64,000 nt of DNA from Octopus vulgaris (GCA_951406725.2 OX597817.1:27342001-27406000), one strand, 5' to 3'. Shown: positions 29,351-42,425, counted from the stretch's first letter. Numbers and translations: made by a program. The notes: generated from the sequence alone by a model not told the origin.

Positions 29351-29581
29351 TTTTTCTTTACTACCCACAAGGGGCTAAACACAGAGGGGACAAACAAGGA
29401 CAGACAGAAGGATTAAGTCGATTAAATCGACCCCAGTGCGTAACTAGTACTTAATTTATCGACCCCGAAAGGATGAAATCCAAAGTCGGCCTGGGCGGAA
29501 TTTGAACTCGGAACGTAACGACAGACGAAATATGGCTACGCATTTCGCCCGGCGCGCTAACATTTCTGCTAGCTCGCCGCC
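29351..29581 (-). mobile_element. SINE family A, full length
   Basis: 17-bp TSD tattttggtgtggtata at 29334-29350 and 29583-29599. Confidence 0.93.
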
Positions 29582-29809
29582 TTATTTTGGTGTGGTATAA
29601 ATTCAAAGTAAAAGATAGTCTAGTTCAGTAAAAGTAATAGCTCGCTTATTTTACATGACGTTGAAGAGTATTAGTGACTGAATGCTTACCAACAAAGAGA
29701 AATATATTTGTTTATAATGGCATCCACAGTATCTCTTTGCAGCATATTTCAAAAATTATAAAGCATAATTCACACCAGTAATGAAATTTCAAAATAATTA
29801 TTCCCGATA

Positions 29810-30200
29810 TAGGCGTAGGAGTGGCTGTATGGTAAGTAGATTGCTTGCGAACCACATGGTTCTGGGTTCAGCCCCACTTTGGGCAAGTGTCTTCTTCTAT
29901 AGCTTCGGTCCGACCAAAGCCTTGTGAGCAGATTTGGTAGACGGAAACTGAAAGAATCCCGTCGTATATATGTATATGTGTGCGTGTACATGTTTGTGTG
30001 TGTGTTTGTCCTCCCACCATCGCTTGACAACCGATGCTGGTGTGTTTACGCCCTCGTAATTTAGCGGTTCGGCAAAATAGACCGATAGAATAAGTACTAG
30101 GCTTACAAAGAATAAATCCTGGGGTCGATTTGTTCGACTAAAGGCGGTGCTTCTGCATGGCCACAGTCAAATGACTGAAACAAGAAAAGAGTAAAAGAGT
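29810..30200 (+). mobile_element. SINE family B, full length
   Basis: taggcgtaggagtggctgtatggtaag (A box)...gggttcagccc (B box)...cagtcaaatgactgaaacaagaaaagagtaaaagag tail. Confidence 0.9.
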
Positions 30201-32047
30201 GACAAATATGAAATAAATAAATGGTACATAAATAAAAGTAGATGTTATTCAATTAAATGTATATTATCATTTCCCCTTACTTTTCCGCAATATATATTAT
30301 ATATATTATTATTTCGTTATATATTATTATATTATATATATTATTACTACCTTATATTATATTTACGCGGAAAAAGTTTTACACAGATCCCTATCAGTTG
30401 ATAAAGGAAATTCGCATAAATATCTTTCTTAAGTTTGAAAGGAAAACGGAAAAGATAAAAGGAACTCCCAGGAACTTGTTGAGGGTCTGCATTGGCAAGG
30501 TGTATACAATAAAGTTTGAGAATTTAGATAAGATCGTATGCCGAGGAGAGAAAAGTAATATGATGTATTGTGGCTGAAGGACAAAGGGAAACTCTTAATA
30601 TATCAGATTGCTTTTCTTTTCACTACAGAGAACAGCGGCGATGAAACCTACGGCTTTCTGAAAATACGTTTGAGGGAATATCATTACATTGGAATATTTT
30701 TTTAATTGATATAATCGAAGACCAACCTTATTTAAAAAGGTTTTCCACCAAGTCCCTATGTTCTGGGTTCAAATACCACCAAAGTCATCTCTGCATTTCA
30801 TCCCACCGGAATCAATAATGTACAAACTTAGTGTGGTAAACAGGGGGACTTGTTAAGGTTAGTGCATTGGACTGTACAGAGATGTTATATAGCATTTCTT
30901 GCGTTTCGAGTTCAAACCTCACCGTAGGCGACTTGGGGGAGGGGAAAGTATAATCCATCAACCTTGATGCCTAAGTACATTTAACGTACTTAACTCTATT
31001 CCAATTATTCTCATGCAGTTTTAAACGAAGGAAACTTCCGAATGGTTTCTCTTGTCTTTATTTTCAAAACACATCATTAACGTTTCTTCTCACTGCAGAA
31101 ATTTCTATGGATTAAGGGACATAGATTTTAACTCATTTAAAAAAATGATATCTGCTTAACACTTAACTATAAAAGTTATTGATATATTTTCCAGAGTCAT
31201 TACTTTTAATTTCCAAGTTAGTGTATATTAGCACAAAAATATGTCGATATGTCTACTCGATTTATTCTAAGAACTTTACCAAACACCATATTATCAGATG
31301 AATACATTTCCACTGCGACTACCAGGTATCAAACTCATTCCACTGTACATGTCGGCATGTAATATGTAATTTATATAAATTACAGAGCTCTCCCACTGCT
31401 ATTGTTAACACGAATAAAATTATCATTAACGCTTGAAAATGAGAGACGTTCCATGAATAAACATTTTTACCATTACAAGTGAACTTTCATTTCATTAATT
31501 ATCTTTTACGCAGTCCATTATTTAGTTAACTGCATACTGTCTATGACCTTATAACTTATCAATTTCTACCTATCTTTGCGCTACTATTTTTCTAATTGGC
31601 GCATGTTTAGATAAGCGCATTTATTTTAATAAATGCAAGACAAAATTATTATTCAACAATAAGTTACTTGAGATGTGGCAAATAATAGATCCATACATAA
31701 AATTAGGGCCTCAACGATTTACTTAGCTAAAACGAGGGAAATTAATCGAAAATAACGATTTAATAAAAAACAGAGGGCAATTTATATTTATTTAACATGT
31801 TACTTTTGCATTTACTGGGTCTTGTTATACGTCGGAATGCTTTCTTTCTCAGTATGGCTCTTTATTTTAATACTGTGCAATAAATGTATACACTGCTAAA
31901 ATATAATTGGGTTTGGCGTAAATTTCTTTTGGATAGCCAAAATTCTAAAATTTACTTGAGGTAGGGAAAGTCGATTACACTGATACCAGTTTATTACTTT
32001 AGAGAATATTCAACTTATAAAATTTTACGTAAAGTGAATAATGACAT

Positions 32048-32458
32048 CGGAGGGTGCGGGCACAAGTTATTTTGAGGACGAGTCATAAATTGTGATACGA
32101 CTTGAGGGGCCCCGACCTAGAGCTGGCGCATTCCTAAGGGAAGTGTAAGCCAGGTCTGGGAGGAGGGGCTTTGTGTATTGTATTTATATCATATGTAACT
32201 ATTGAACTATGTTGTTGTTAGTAATGGACTGTTAAGTCCAAAAATTGAAGAGTTGTAAAATTGTAAGAGGTTTAATACCTCGTTTTGTGTTTGTTTTTAA
32301 AAGAACAATGTTTTAGAGAAGCAGAAGTCGGCGGGCGCTTTTTGTCTTCTCCCATCCCCATCATCTTTCTTTGATTATCATTCATTTCATTAATGTCCTC
32401 GTCCAGCCCACAAAGCTAACTTACTCTATGTACTGCCTTTATGGCAAATGTTATGAAA
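32048..32458 (+). mobile_element. Unclassified ~410-bp insertion with 18-bp TSD (retroposed 3' end?)
   Basis: taaagtgaataatgacat at 32030-32047 and 32459-32476; GC-richer than its flanks at the 5' end. Confidence 0.55.
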
Positions 32459-33195
32459 TAAAGTGAATAATGACATACATACATACGTATGTACGTACAT
32501 ATATCGGCCATATAATTATTCTGTGACGCCGAAGAATATGAAGCTGGCTATGAGACAGCTCAGGTGAAATGATTTCAGCTAACTATGCCCAAATGAATCC
32601 GTTACTATGTGAACTTCATATATCTAGAATATATTTCAGAACTTTTACAAACTGAAGCCCGTGTGATCGATGTCAATTTTCGTGGTGGCGGATATAATAG
32701 ACGTGAATTGGAGTAAAATATCAAATGTCGACTCAGTCATTGATTAATGCATTATAATCTCCATTCTAAGAAGATAACCACGTTTGCATACTGACATTGA
32801 TGTAAATGGATAAAGAGTTTGTACCCAATAATCAAAAATAACATAATCTGTTGAATTACAGTTAGATTATTTCCGACTAAGTATTTTTTATTCCATAACT
32901 ATTTTATTTCAAACCTACCTTTTCCGAATGTTACGTTTCATAGGACACCAACGTCATAAATATTGAATGTATCAAAGAAGAAAAACCTGAACAAAAACCA
33001 TTCATGAAAGCCACGCATGTTAATGATAAACCGATGGGTGATTCACAAAACTGAGTTCATGATCGTCATCAATCAATAATTTTACTGGGAAATGTCTTTT
33101 AAGCGTCAGTTTGATGCTTTACAATCGAGGAATACGACACAGATAATAAAGTTCAATACGCGCACATGAAGTTCTACTTTTATTATATGTTTGTA

Positions 33196-33445
33196 TTGGG
33201 TTGGTGCATAATTATTGCGGCTTTTTTATAACAAATTTTGTTCAACAAAACAATAACAACATGTAACAAAAGCATCTTTAAAGTATTATTCCGGAGCATA
33301 TTCACCATTTACTTCAATTACTGCTTCCCATTTGCTTGGCAGACGGTCAGCCCGTCATTTAAAGATGTTTATGTTAAGTATTGTTGTTATTTTTGTTGAA
33401 GAAAATTTTTTGAAAAAAAGCCGCAATAATTATGCACCAACCCAA
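33196..33445 (-). mobile_element. Mariner-derived MITE (250 bp)
   Basis: Perfect terminal IR ttgggttggtgcataattattgcggcttttt, TA on both sides; internal DRLPSKWEAVIEVNGEYAPE* (33348-33286, minus) resembles a mariner transposase C-terminus. Confidence 0.92.
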
Positions 33446-33629
33446 TATGATTTAGTCAGAAGATTAACACTCCAGTTCTCTTTTCAGGACTTTCCATATT
33501 AATAGTAAGAAAGGAACATGTTGTCACCCGAGAACTGGCGCATGTATTTTCTATATGGTAAACTCCAATAAAATGCTCAGCCGGTGATAATTTAACGACG
33601 CTTATCTATACACACAATAACATGAACCG

Positions 33630-33785
33630 TCTCTACGACGAGCGTCCACAGAGTTCCCGTTTATCAAATTCCACTTAGAAGGATTTGACCATTGTTAGAA
33701 GGCACTCATTCAAAGTGGTGTGCAGTGCGACTGAATGAGAGCACGAGGTTGTAAAATAAACATCTTAACTACACAGATATGCCAT
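33630..33785 (-). mobile_element. Old degenerate SINE family B fragment
   Basis: tacgacgagc...agttcccgtttatcaaattccac...aaagtggtgtgcagtgcgactgaa...cttaactacacag. Confidence 0.55.
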
Positions 33786-34189
33786 GCGCCAAGTCGATAA
33801 GAAAAGCTATTTTCATGGACTGGACTGCTTTTATGGCCAATTTTTGTACTTGCTCCAACATATCCCAAATATTTCGTAGGGTTTTATAGAGACTTTGGTA
33901 TTCTTCTGTTCCAAGATAGTAATTTTGAATGGATTACTTGTAAATATATGAGAACGCATCTGTTGTAGCCTGTTACAAACTGCATTTCAGGAATAGTTAA
34001 TTAAAATTTTCGGTTGTCTCCTTTGACATTTTTTATCTGCTAACGATTTGTTCTCAGCGCCTAGGTCGAAAGTTTCCTTAATTACAATTTCTTTGTTTAC
34101 AACATTCGGTATGTCAGCTTTACTATTGTATATCCTAGAAGATACTTCATTTCTCTATTCGTTCAACGTTCTTGAAGTTACAATTAACC

Positions 34190-34320
34190 ACCACTTCCTG
34201 ATGAAATTTAATATGAGGAGTTCCTTCCTGTCATTAAAGGCTAGTTTCAATTGGTTTATAAGGAGGGTCTCCATAATTCTGAAATTGCAATCTTTGCTCC
34301 TTTCTCCCGTACACATCTGA
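34190..34320 (-). pseudogene. Possible Penelope GIY-YIG C-terminal remnant
   Basis: FRIMETLLINQLKLAFNDRKELLILNF resembles the ..I.E.LLI...KP.LN.. end of PLE ORFs. Confidence 0.3.
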
Positions 34321-34437
34321 GCAACGACCTTTCTAACTCGCGCATTTTTCGAAATGTCCCGAAATATAGAAGCATAACATAAAACTCCGACTTTTTCTTC
34401 TTTCGTTATTCACCTTGGAGCTTTTCACTCAGACAGA

Positions 34438-34648
34438 AAAACTACAGCTTGGTCCTGATCAATGACACTGTCGAGGTATTTGAAAGACTGTGTCTAGGCA
34501 ACAGCTGCAAGAGATCCCAGATGATTTTTTTGACAGCAGCATTACGTGGAGCTAAGATGGCTCGCTCGCACAGCCATTGACTGTTGCTAAAGTTTTGTGC
34601 AACGTTTGGGAGCACATGCATTATGAGATCAATGACAGTTGGTGCCAT
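34438..34648 (-). pseudogene. Helitron RepHel PIF1-like helicase fragment
   Basis: DLIMHVLPNVAQNFSNSQWLCERAILAPRNAAVKKI..LLQLLP then frameshifted FKYLDSV; typical Helitron motif WL.ERAILAP.N..V; candidate 5' end A|TCTCTATAATAAA at 35245 on the same strand. Confidence 0.85.
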
Positions 34649-35374
34649 CTTCCCACAGTCTTTCTTCCCCCTCCCCCGCCGAATTTAGATGATGATAACT
34701 TTCAGAAAAACGGATGATTTTTAATGAATTTTTTTACAAATATGTGTTATATCATGTAGACTCCGAATATACAACACTTTTGTGGGGAAAGTGTTTTAGG
34801 AGAGGATGGGAAGGATTTTCGGAAAATTCACCGGCGTCCATTTCAATTCGTCTCAACTTTCAGGAAAAAGGATATTTTTTAATGAAATCGTCTACAAATA
34901 TACCTCCGATTATGTAGATTCCAAGCACATATAATTTTGGGGGGAAACAATTGTGGGTTATTTTTGCGAACTGTTCCTTACTGGGGGTGTTTTGGAACAA
35001 GTCGTCCATATTTATTTCAATTTCTCCCTTTTGTGCGTTTGTACATCCGTATATAACCCTTAAGCCTAGTCCTAAAATTTCGGGGAAAAAATTGGTAAGT
35101 TAAAGAGTGGGTGTATTAAAAAGTCTAAAAGTAGATCTTTTTTCGCATATTCAGAATCTCCGTTGGAGACAAGGTCGGAATATATATATAATGAAAAAGT
35201 TCAAACGGGAAATTATTCCATTGAATATCATGTTTATTATAGAGATTATGTAACAAATTATACTTTACACTTCTATATTTAACTGTGCGTGCATATTCCT
35301 TATTTTTGTTTCTGGTGTCTTGTACCTTTCTATTAGAACCGTTTACTTGGAAATTTACTTAAAGTAGAAAAGGA

Positions 35375-35650
35375 AATCGTATGCCACGGATAAGTCGTCT
35401 TAATAACGCATATCTGTGTACCAGACATTTAGTTGTTATTTTTAGCTTGAGTTTTCTGGTGAGGGCTACATTTGCCTTCATTGCTTGCTGCTTCAGTAGA
35501 AATCTACGGATGTACAAAGGCCCAAAACAGAAAAACACAAATATGGATGACTTGTTCTGAAACACACCCGAGTGAGGAACAGTTCGACACAACTACCCAG
35601 ACTACCCTTGGAGCTAATCAAGATACGCCCTGGGTGGGCCGAGAAGCTAG
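35375..35650 (+). mobile_element. Possible Helitron 3' end
   Basis: Hairpin gccc-tgggt-gggc followed 7 nt later by CTAG (35626-35650); upstream very decayed SYATDKS..QTF..FSGEGYIC. Confidence 0.3.
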
Positions 35651-35816
35651 CTATTGCATTAAATTGTAAAAGATTATGTGATATTGCACGAATTTCAGAC
35701 CAATATTTTACTAATTTATATGAACGAATGCATTCATATATGTACACACACACAAGCACGCACACACACACACACGCACATAGACACATTTACATGAGCA
35801 TATGTGTGCGTCTGTG

Positions 35817-35871
<55 letters not shown>

Positions 35872-35876
<5 letters not shown>

Positions 35877-35966
35877 GGGGAGAATTCGCAAAAAAATAAT
35901 AAAAGACGAAGACAGGTGGTGTAGACAACAAACAGATGTATTAGTTTAACGCACGGGAAGTGAATA
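35872..35966 (-). mobile_element. 3' fragment of family D Penelope-type element between (TA)n tracts
   Basis: aaaagacgaagacaggtggtgtagacaac matches the ends of 54871-55026 and 59828-60030. Confidence 0.7.
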
Positions 35967-38900
35967 TATATATATATATATATATAGTGATATTGAACAT
36001 TTTTACTGAAAAATAGCTATATCTAATATTGTGAGACACATAAGAAATATTATTACAACATAAAAAGTAAAAATATAATATATATTTGAATTGCTTAAAG
36101 GATTTCTGTATCACCATTTCTTTTCTTCATATCTAGCTTTATCTCTCACACTCTTTCTTTCGCTCTCGCTACTTCCCTCTATCTTTTTATCTCTCGTCTG
36201 TCTGTTTCTCTATTTATGTTTATGTATGTATGTATGTATGTGTGTGTCAATATATATATATATATATATATGTATTTATGTATGTATGTATGTATATAGG
36301 TATGTACGTGTGTATCAGCATGTATTTATGTATGTTTATATATTAGTATTATATATCATATAAGTATTATACTTATAAATATAGGAAGTTCGTTCAGGAA
36401 GGACGTTCTAAATAAAATATGGCTCTTATTAATATAATGGCCAGGTAAACGCTCTGACTGCTTTGCTTGAACTCACACAATGTCACCTCGCCTTTCTTCA
36501 CTTTACTTCGTCGTTACTTTGAAAAGCATTGTATGTTCCAGTAAGTTGACTGTTTCCGATAAAATTCTACAACAATCTTAGCTTTATATCTCTATTTTTG
36601 AATACAGCTATAATTTAGGAATTTATATGTCCATGATTATGGCGAGTTATTGCCGCTGGAAACCTTCCATTCAGTTTCCATCTTTTTACTTTAGCTTCAT
36701 TATCATAACCGTATTATTAAGGTTCGTTTATCGCTGCTGTTCATTTCAGCGCGTTCCACCGCAATTATTCTTACTTAAACTAAAAGTGAATTGGGGGTCT
36801 ATATCGATTAGATTCCTGTTTGTGTGTGTGTGTGTATATTAATAGCAGCATGTGTGTGTATCTCTAAATGCATATGTGTATCAAAATATGGTAGAGTTCA
36901 GTAGAAAAGTAGATGTATTTGTGTGAGCTAATGCCGACTTTAAAACAATTTCTCGTCAACGGCCATTATGGAAATGCGTGTATTATTTCTCTATATGCAT
37001 GCAGTATTCTGAAGGAAATATCTACTATAAGCTCTAAATTACGGATACACATTAACTAAACGGTAATTAAACAGTATGCAGACTCGTTTAATTACATCAG
37101 TTCTATTGAAATACATACATCTGTTCGTCTATGGAATGATATATGTGTGTGTGGTTTTTTGGTGGGTGGGGTCGTATGAATGTGGATGCATATATACAGA
37201 CAATAAGTGACAGCTGGATATTCTCAGGATAGAAAGCATATAGTAGTGTTCAAAAGGTTTAAATCTCAAACACCGAATTCTTCCTCCTGAGCAAGGTCTG
37301 CACGGTCAAGAATAGCTATAAGTGAAATTCAAACTGAGCTGATAAAGCGGAAATAATGGCAATAAACACTGGTAAGCTTGGTATAAATACTTATATCAGA
37401 CCTAAGAGAGTTTATCTCCATTACGTATGTACATACATACAAACATCCATCTATACATACATATCTACGTATGTATCTATCACACTATATGTCGATGCAT
37501 ACATGCACAGTGCAGAGATAAATATTGATATGTACACACAAACATGAATATATATTTATATTTATTTATAAGTTTATATATGCATATTTAAATACACATA
37601 CACACATACGCACTCACAGACACACAGACACACACAGACACACACACACACGCATACACACACATATATATATATATATGGAGAGAATGGAGAGAGATAG
37701 TAGATAGATAGAGGCACACACATGCACACACACACACACACACACGCACAAGCATATACATATCATTGTTCACGTATACCAATAATGGGACAAAAATTCT
37801 TGCTCAGCTGAAATGTTCGTCCCTGAAGGTAAGTGTTCTTACCTGGAGTGTTCTTCACTGAGGAGGCTAAATGAAATCAAAACACCGGTGTCTGGTTATC
37901 TGTTCCCTTGATTTAGAATGAATTACGTTTAAATACACGAGGACGCTTTAGGGAAGCTCCGGAGGCATGCATGCAGTTTTCACATACGCGGAAACACACA
38001 TGTAGCCCCTCTGCTGCTCATAAACCTCCACTCTTCATACACATACAAACACACACACACACACTGCTATTCAGAGGCAAACCCGTCCAAACTTACTGTT
38101 CAGAAACACACACATATCCACACGCATTAATTCATTCTACGCTCTAGAACACACGCTTTGGATTACACTTTTCTTTGTCACACCCAAGTGACACATCTGA
38201 AACAACCCCTCTTCAACATACACGAATATAGACTACTTATCTTGCTTTCTTTTAAAAGAGACGAATTTTGTTGCCTCTGCCATTTTCTTTCTAAACTACG
38301 TACGTGGAGGAGTCTCTCTTTTTACCTACGCGACAGTTGTTTCATCTACATACATTATACTAACCTTTCATCACAGTTATTTTGGATTTTAACGCATCCT
38401 CTGTACATTCTGTTAAACTCTACAAAACTTTAAATACTAAATTTTTACTAATTATTTCAGTTCTCTTTTCAGATTCACATTTCTGTTTTTTTTTTCTTTT
38501 TCAAATTATTCCCTTATGATGTTTAAAATTTTCACTCGTTACTAAGTAATATCTCACCTATGTGTTCTTTTACACAAATGAATAAAACCAATTTCATTTC
38601 AAGTGCCTACAAAAGCACCACAAATTCTTATGAGAGGTTCTCTTCAGGTAAATAACAAAGTATTTTGTTCTACCACAAATTACCTGTTAAGTCAGAGATC
38701 AAGATTACCTTTTGATATTAATACTGATTCTTTCATTATTAATTATTTTTTAATATTCCCACTGGCTATTGCTGACACCAGTGCTGAGTAGACGCTGATA
38801 TTCTATATATCGTTGACAGGAAATTCGGCTGTAATAGCGCAGCTGGGCACCTGTCGCAGAGGGACTGTATCAGAGTGAAATCACGTTATCTTGCAGTTTC

Positions 38901-39221
38901 GGTCGTCGTCGCAAACAATTCTAATCTATAAACGATTTTATGTCAAATGCACCACAAGTCCGCATGACATATATATAACGCAGTATTCTGTGTTCTAACA
39001 CAACTTCCACGTTAAGTTGGAGACCAAGGTTTGTTTTTGGTACTAATATTACTTCTGTCGCAATTAATTATTTCTTATTATCACACACGCAAACGCACAC
39101 ACACACACAAGCACACACACATACCTATATATAACTACTAAATGAAATAAATATTCGAAAATATTTATATAGCTATTATTATCATTAATTATTATCATTA
39201 GTAAAATGAATAATAAAAACA

Positions 39222-39370
39222 ATGATATATACATTATTTACATTTGGCGGATATTTGTCCTCATTTTGTTTGTTGTTAACGCAACGTTTCGGCAGATATG
39301 CTCTTCAGCCTTCATCAGGTGTCTTGGGGAAATTTCGAACCTGGGTACTCATTCCTTAGGTATTTTTCGA

Positions 39371-39404
<34 letters not shown>

Positions 39405-39435
39405 CAGGTCACTGCCTGGAATCGAACTCGGAATC
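39222..39435 (-). mobile_element. Element with tRNA-type B box, internal (AAT)n and 3' hammerhead (SINE-like, 5'-truncated)
   Basis: Minus strand: gattccGAGTTCGATTCCaggcagtgacctgg-(aat)n-...aagacacCTGATGA...GAAACGTT...aaatgtaaataatgta. Confidence 0.7.
39278..39323 (-). ncRNA. Minimal type-I hammerhead ribozyme motif, canonical CUGAUGA core
   Basis: gacac CUGAUGA A ggcuga-agagcaua-ucugcc GAAA CGUU gcguu; one mismatch each in stems I and II; palindromic ACGU stem III. Confidence 0.75.
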
Positions 39436-39712
39436 GAAGCAGAACAGAAATCGTGCTGCGAGCAAAACAATTAACTTACCAACTCGGCAGAAAGCCATAG
39501 AATGAGGAAATGATATTCCTGGATCGATTGATTTCACAGTTTGAGTGTTTCCCTCCTTTAATTATCATCAGCAGGTCCCACTATATTCCTAGAATTGAAA
39601 TCTTTGCTCGATTCGTCGTGCTAGGTAACCGCCGAAAAGCTAGCGCCAAATTCAAAAACGGTATCAGTGTATAGAATTACTGAATGAAGAAATATTCGTA
39701 AATATTTATATT

Positions 39713-40118
39713 ACTCTTTTACTCTTTTTACTTGTTTCAGTCATTTGACTGCGGCCATGCTGGAGCACCGCCTTTAATCGAGCAACTCGACCCTGGGACT
39801 TATTCTTTATAAGCCCAGTACTTATTCTATCGGTCTCTTTTGCCGAACCGCTAATTGACGGGGACATAGACACACCAGCTTCGGTCGTCAAGCGATGTTG
39901 GGGGGACAGACACAGACATACAAACATACATGCACACATATATATATATATACATATATACGACGGGCTTCTTTCAGTTTCCGTCTACCAAATCCACTCA
40001 CAAGGCTTTGGTCGGCCCGAGGCTATAGTAGAAGACACTTTCCCAAGGTGTCACGCAGTGGGACTGAACCCGGAACCATGTGGTTGGTAAAGAAGCTACT
40101 TACCACACAGCCACTCCT
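39713..40118 (-). mobile_element. SINE family B, near full length
   Basis: High identity to 2957-3342 and the other B copies. Confidence 0.92.
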
Positions 40119-40320
40119 AGATATTATTATTAAATATTATCATTAATAAAATGAATAATAGCAACAATAATATAGGTGGCTAACAAGCAAAAGCCGATAA
40201 ATGGCAAATCCAGAATTTTCCAATTAATTTGTGACTATAATAGGGCACACGCATTGTTGGGAAAATATATGTAAACGCATACGCGTTACACACACACACA
40301 CACATGTATATATACATATG

Positions 40321-40623
40321 TAGAGGCACATGGCCTAGTGGTTAGAGCAGCGGACTGGCGGTCGAGAGATCATGGGTTCGAATCTCAAACCGGGCGATGT
40401 ATGTATTTATGAGCGAAACACCTAAGCTCCGCGCGGCTCTGACAGAAGGTAATGGCGAACTTCTGCTGACTCTTTCGCCACAACTTCATCTCACTCTTTC
40501 CTCTTGCATCTTGCAGCTCACCTGCGACGGACCGGCATTCCGTCCAGGTGGGGAATCTAATACGCCAAGGAAACCGGGAAACCGGCCCTTATGAGCCAGG
40601 CGTGCCTCGAGAAAGAACAAACA
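40321..40623 (+). mobile_element. SINE family C' (family C head, different 3' tail)
   Basis: tagaggcacatggcctagtggttagagc...gggttcgaatctc; 13-bp TSD atatatacatatg at 40308-40320 and 40624-40636; (aaca)n tail. Confidence 0.9.
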
Positions 40624-41089
40624 ATATATACATATGAAGGCAGAATATAAATGATATCAAGATTTAAATACATATAAAGGCATGTCTGTTTGCTTAAGTT
40701 GTTTGATTCGAAATCACGTAGTTGCATTTTACAGACATGGATTGAGCAGTGCCTTGTGAATAAATTTAGCTGACGAAAACCGCATGGTGTATGTGTGAGC
40801 GTGCGTGTTCGATTGTGTGTCTTTGCCATAGTTACTTCACACGCCTTTATAATAAGGTGTTGTTTTATTGGTTTGTTTCCTTCTTCGTATCTGAACAATT
40901 TGTCCAAATCTTCAATAAAATAAATACAAGACTTGAAAACAAGTACAGGAGTTGAATCGGTCAAGAGAAACTCTTCCGGCGGTAATCTCGCATGGCAGCT
41001 GTCACATGTGTAAGCGTGTATGTTTGTATTTATATAATGAGAGAGAAAGAAAGAGAGAGAAACAATCTAATAGAAAATATGTAATATAT

Positions 41090-41173
41090 AATATATATAT
41101 ATTTATAAAAATACACACACATATATACATACATGCATGCATAAATACATACATACATTCATACATACATACG

Positions 41174-41206
<33 letters not shown>

Positions 41207-41625
41207 CCATACATACATACATGCATAGATTCATAGATTCATACATACATACATACATACATACATACATAATACATACATATATGCTTACATACATACA
41301 TACATATATGCTTACATACATACATACATACATATATACATATATACATACATACATATATACATACATACATACATACATATATACATACATATATACA
41401 TATATGCATACATACATACATACATATATGCATACATACATACATATATGCATACATACATACATACATACATACATACATAGATTCATACATACATACA
41501 TACATACATACATTCATACATACATACATACATACATACATACATACATACATACATAGATTCATACATACATACATATATGCATACATAATACATGCAT
41601 ACATACATACATACATACATACATA
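41090..41625. repeat. Long (TACA)n tetranucleotide tract
   Basis: Direct reading. Confidence 0.96.
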
Positions 41626-41869
41626 TGAAGTTGGTATTAATTTCATTTTTACAAGAAAATGGTTGTCAGTTAATTCAATGACTCCGTTATGTAGATCTTT
41701 TCAAACATCTGGATGAGGGCTACGTAGTTGAAACACCGAAGAAGCTGTCAATTATTTCCTTGAAAAATTTAATTACAATCTGTTCGACAACTGAACATGA
41801 ATGCACTGTTCCTCCAATTTAATGCTTTGATGTATAAATATACCTAAAAAGAAGAAACAATATATATTT

Positions 41870-42264
41870 ATGTACAGATATATATATTTGTACGTACATT
41901 TGCACATGTATATGTATATGTATATGTATATATATATATATATGTGAGTGTGTGTGCGCGCGCAGGTGCATGCGCGTTTGCGCGCGTGTGTGTGCGCGTT
42001 TGCGCGTGTGCATGTGCGTGTGCGCGTGCGCGTGTGCGCAGGTGCATGTGCATTTGCGCGTGTGTGGGTGTATGTATATATATATATATCCATATGTACA
42101 GACACACACACGCACATGCATCTACACATATATAGACATGTACGCACACACGCACATATATGAATATATATATATAAATATGAATATATATACATACATG
42201 TATGTATATATATATACATGCATACGTGTATATATATGTATATATATATGTCTCTCTCTCTCTC

Positions 42265-42297
<33 letters not shown>

Positions 42298-42313
42298 ATA
42301 TGTGTATGTATAT

Positions 42314-42373
<60 letters not shown>

Positions 42374-42425
42374 ATATATATATATGTGTGTGTATATATA
42401 TATATGTGTGTGTGTATTTATATAC
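41870..42425. repeat. Compound alternating purine-pyrimidine tract, (TG/CG)-rich at 41945-42065
   Basis: Direct reading. Confidence 0.93.

Noticed and set aside
35497-35560. Possible terminal exon RNLRMYKGPKQKNTNMDDLF*
   Set aside because: No recognisable homology or upstream exons; region equally explained as Helitron debris
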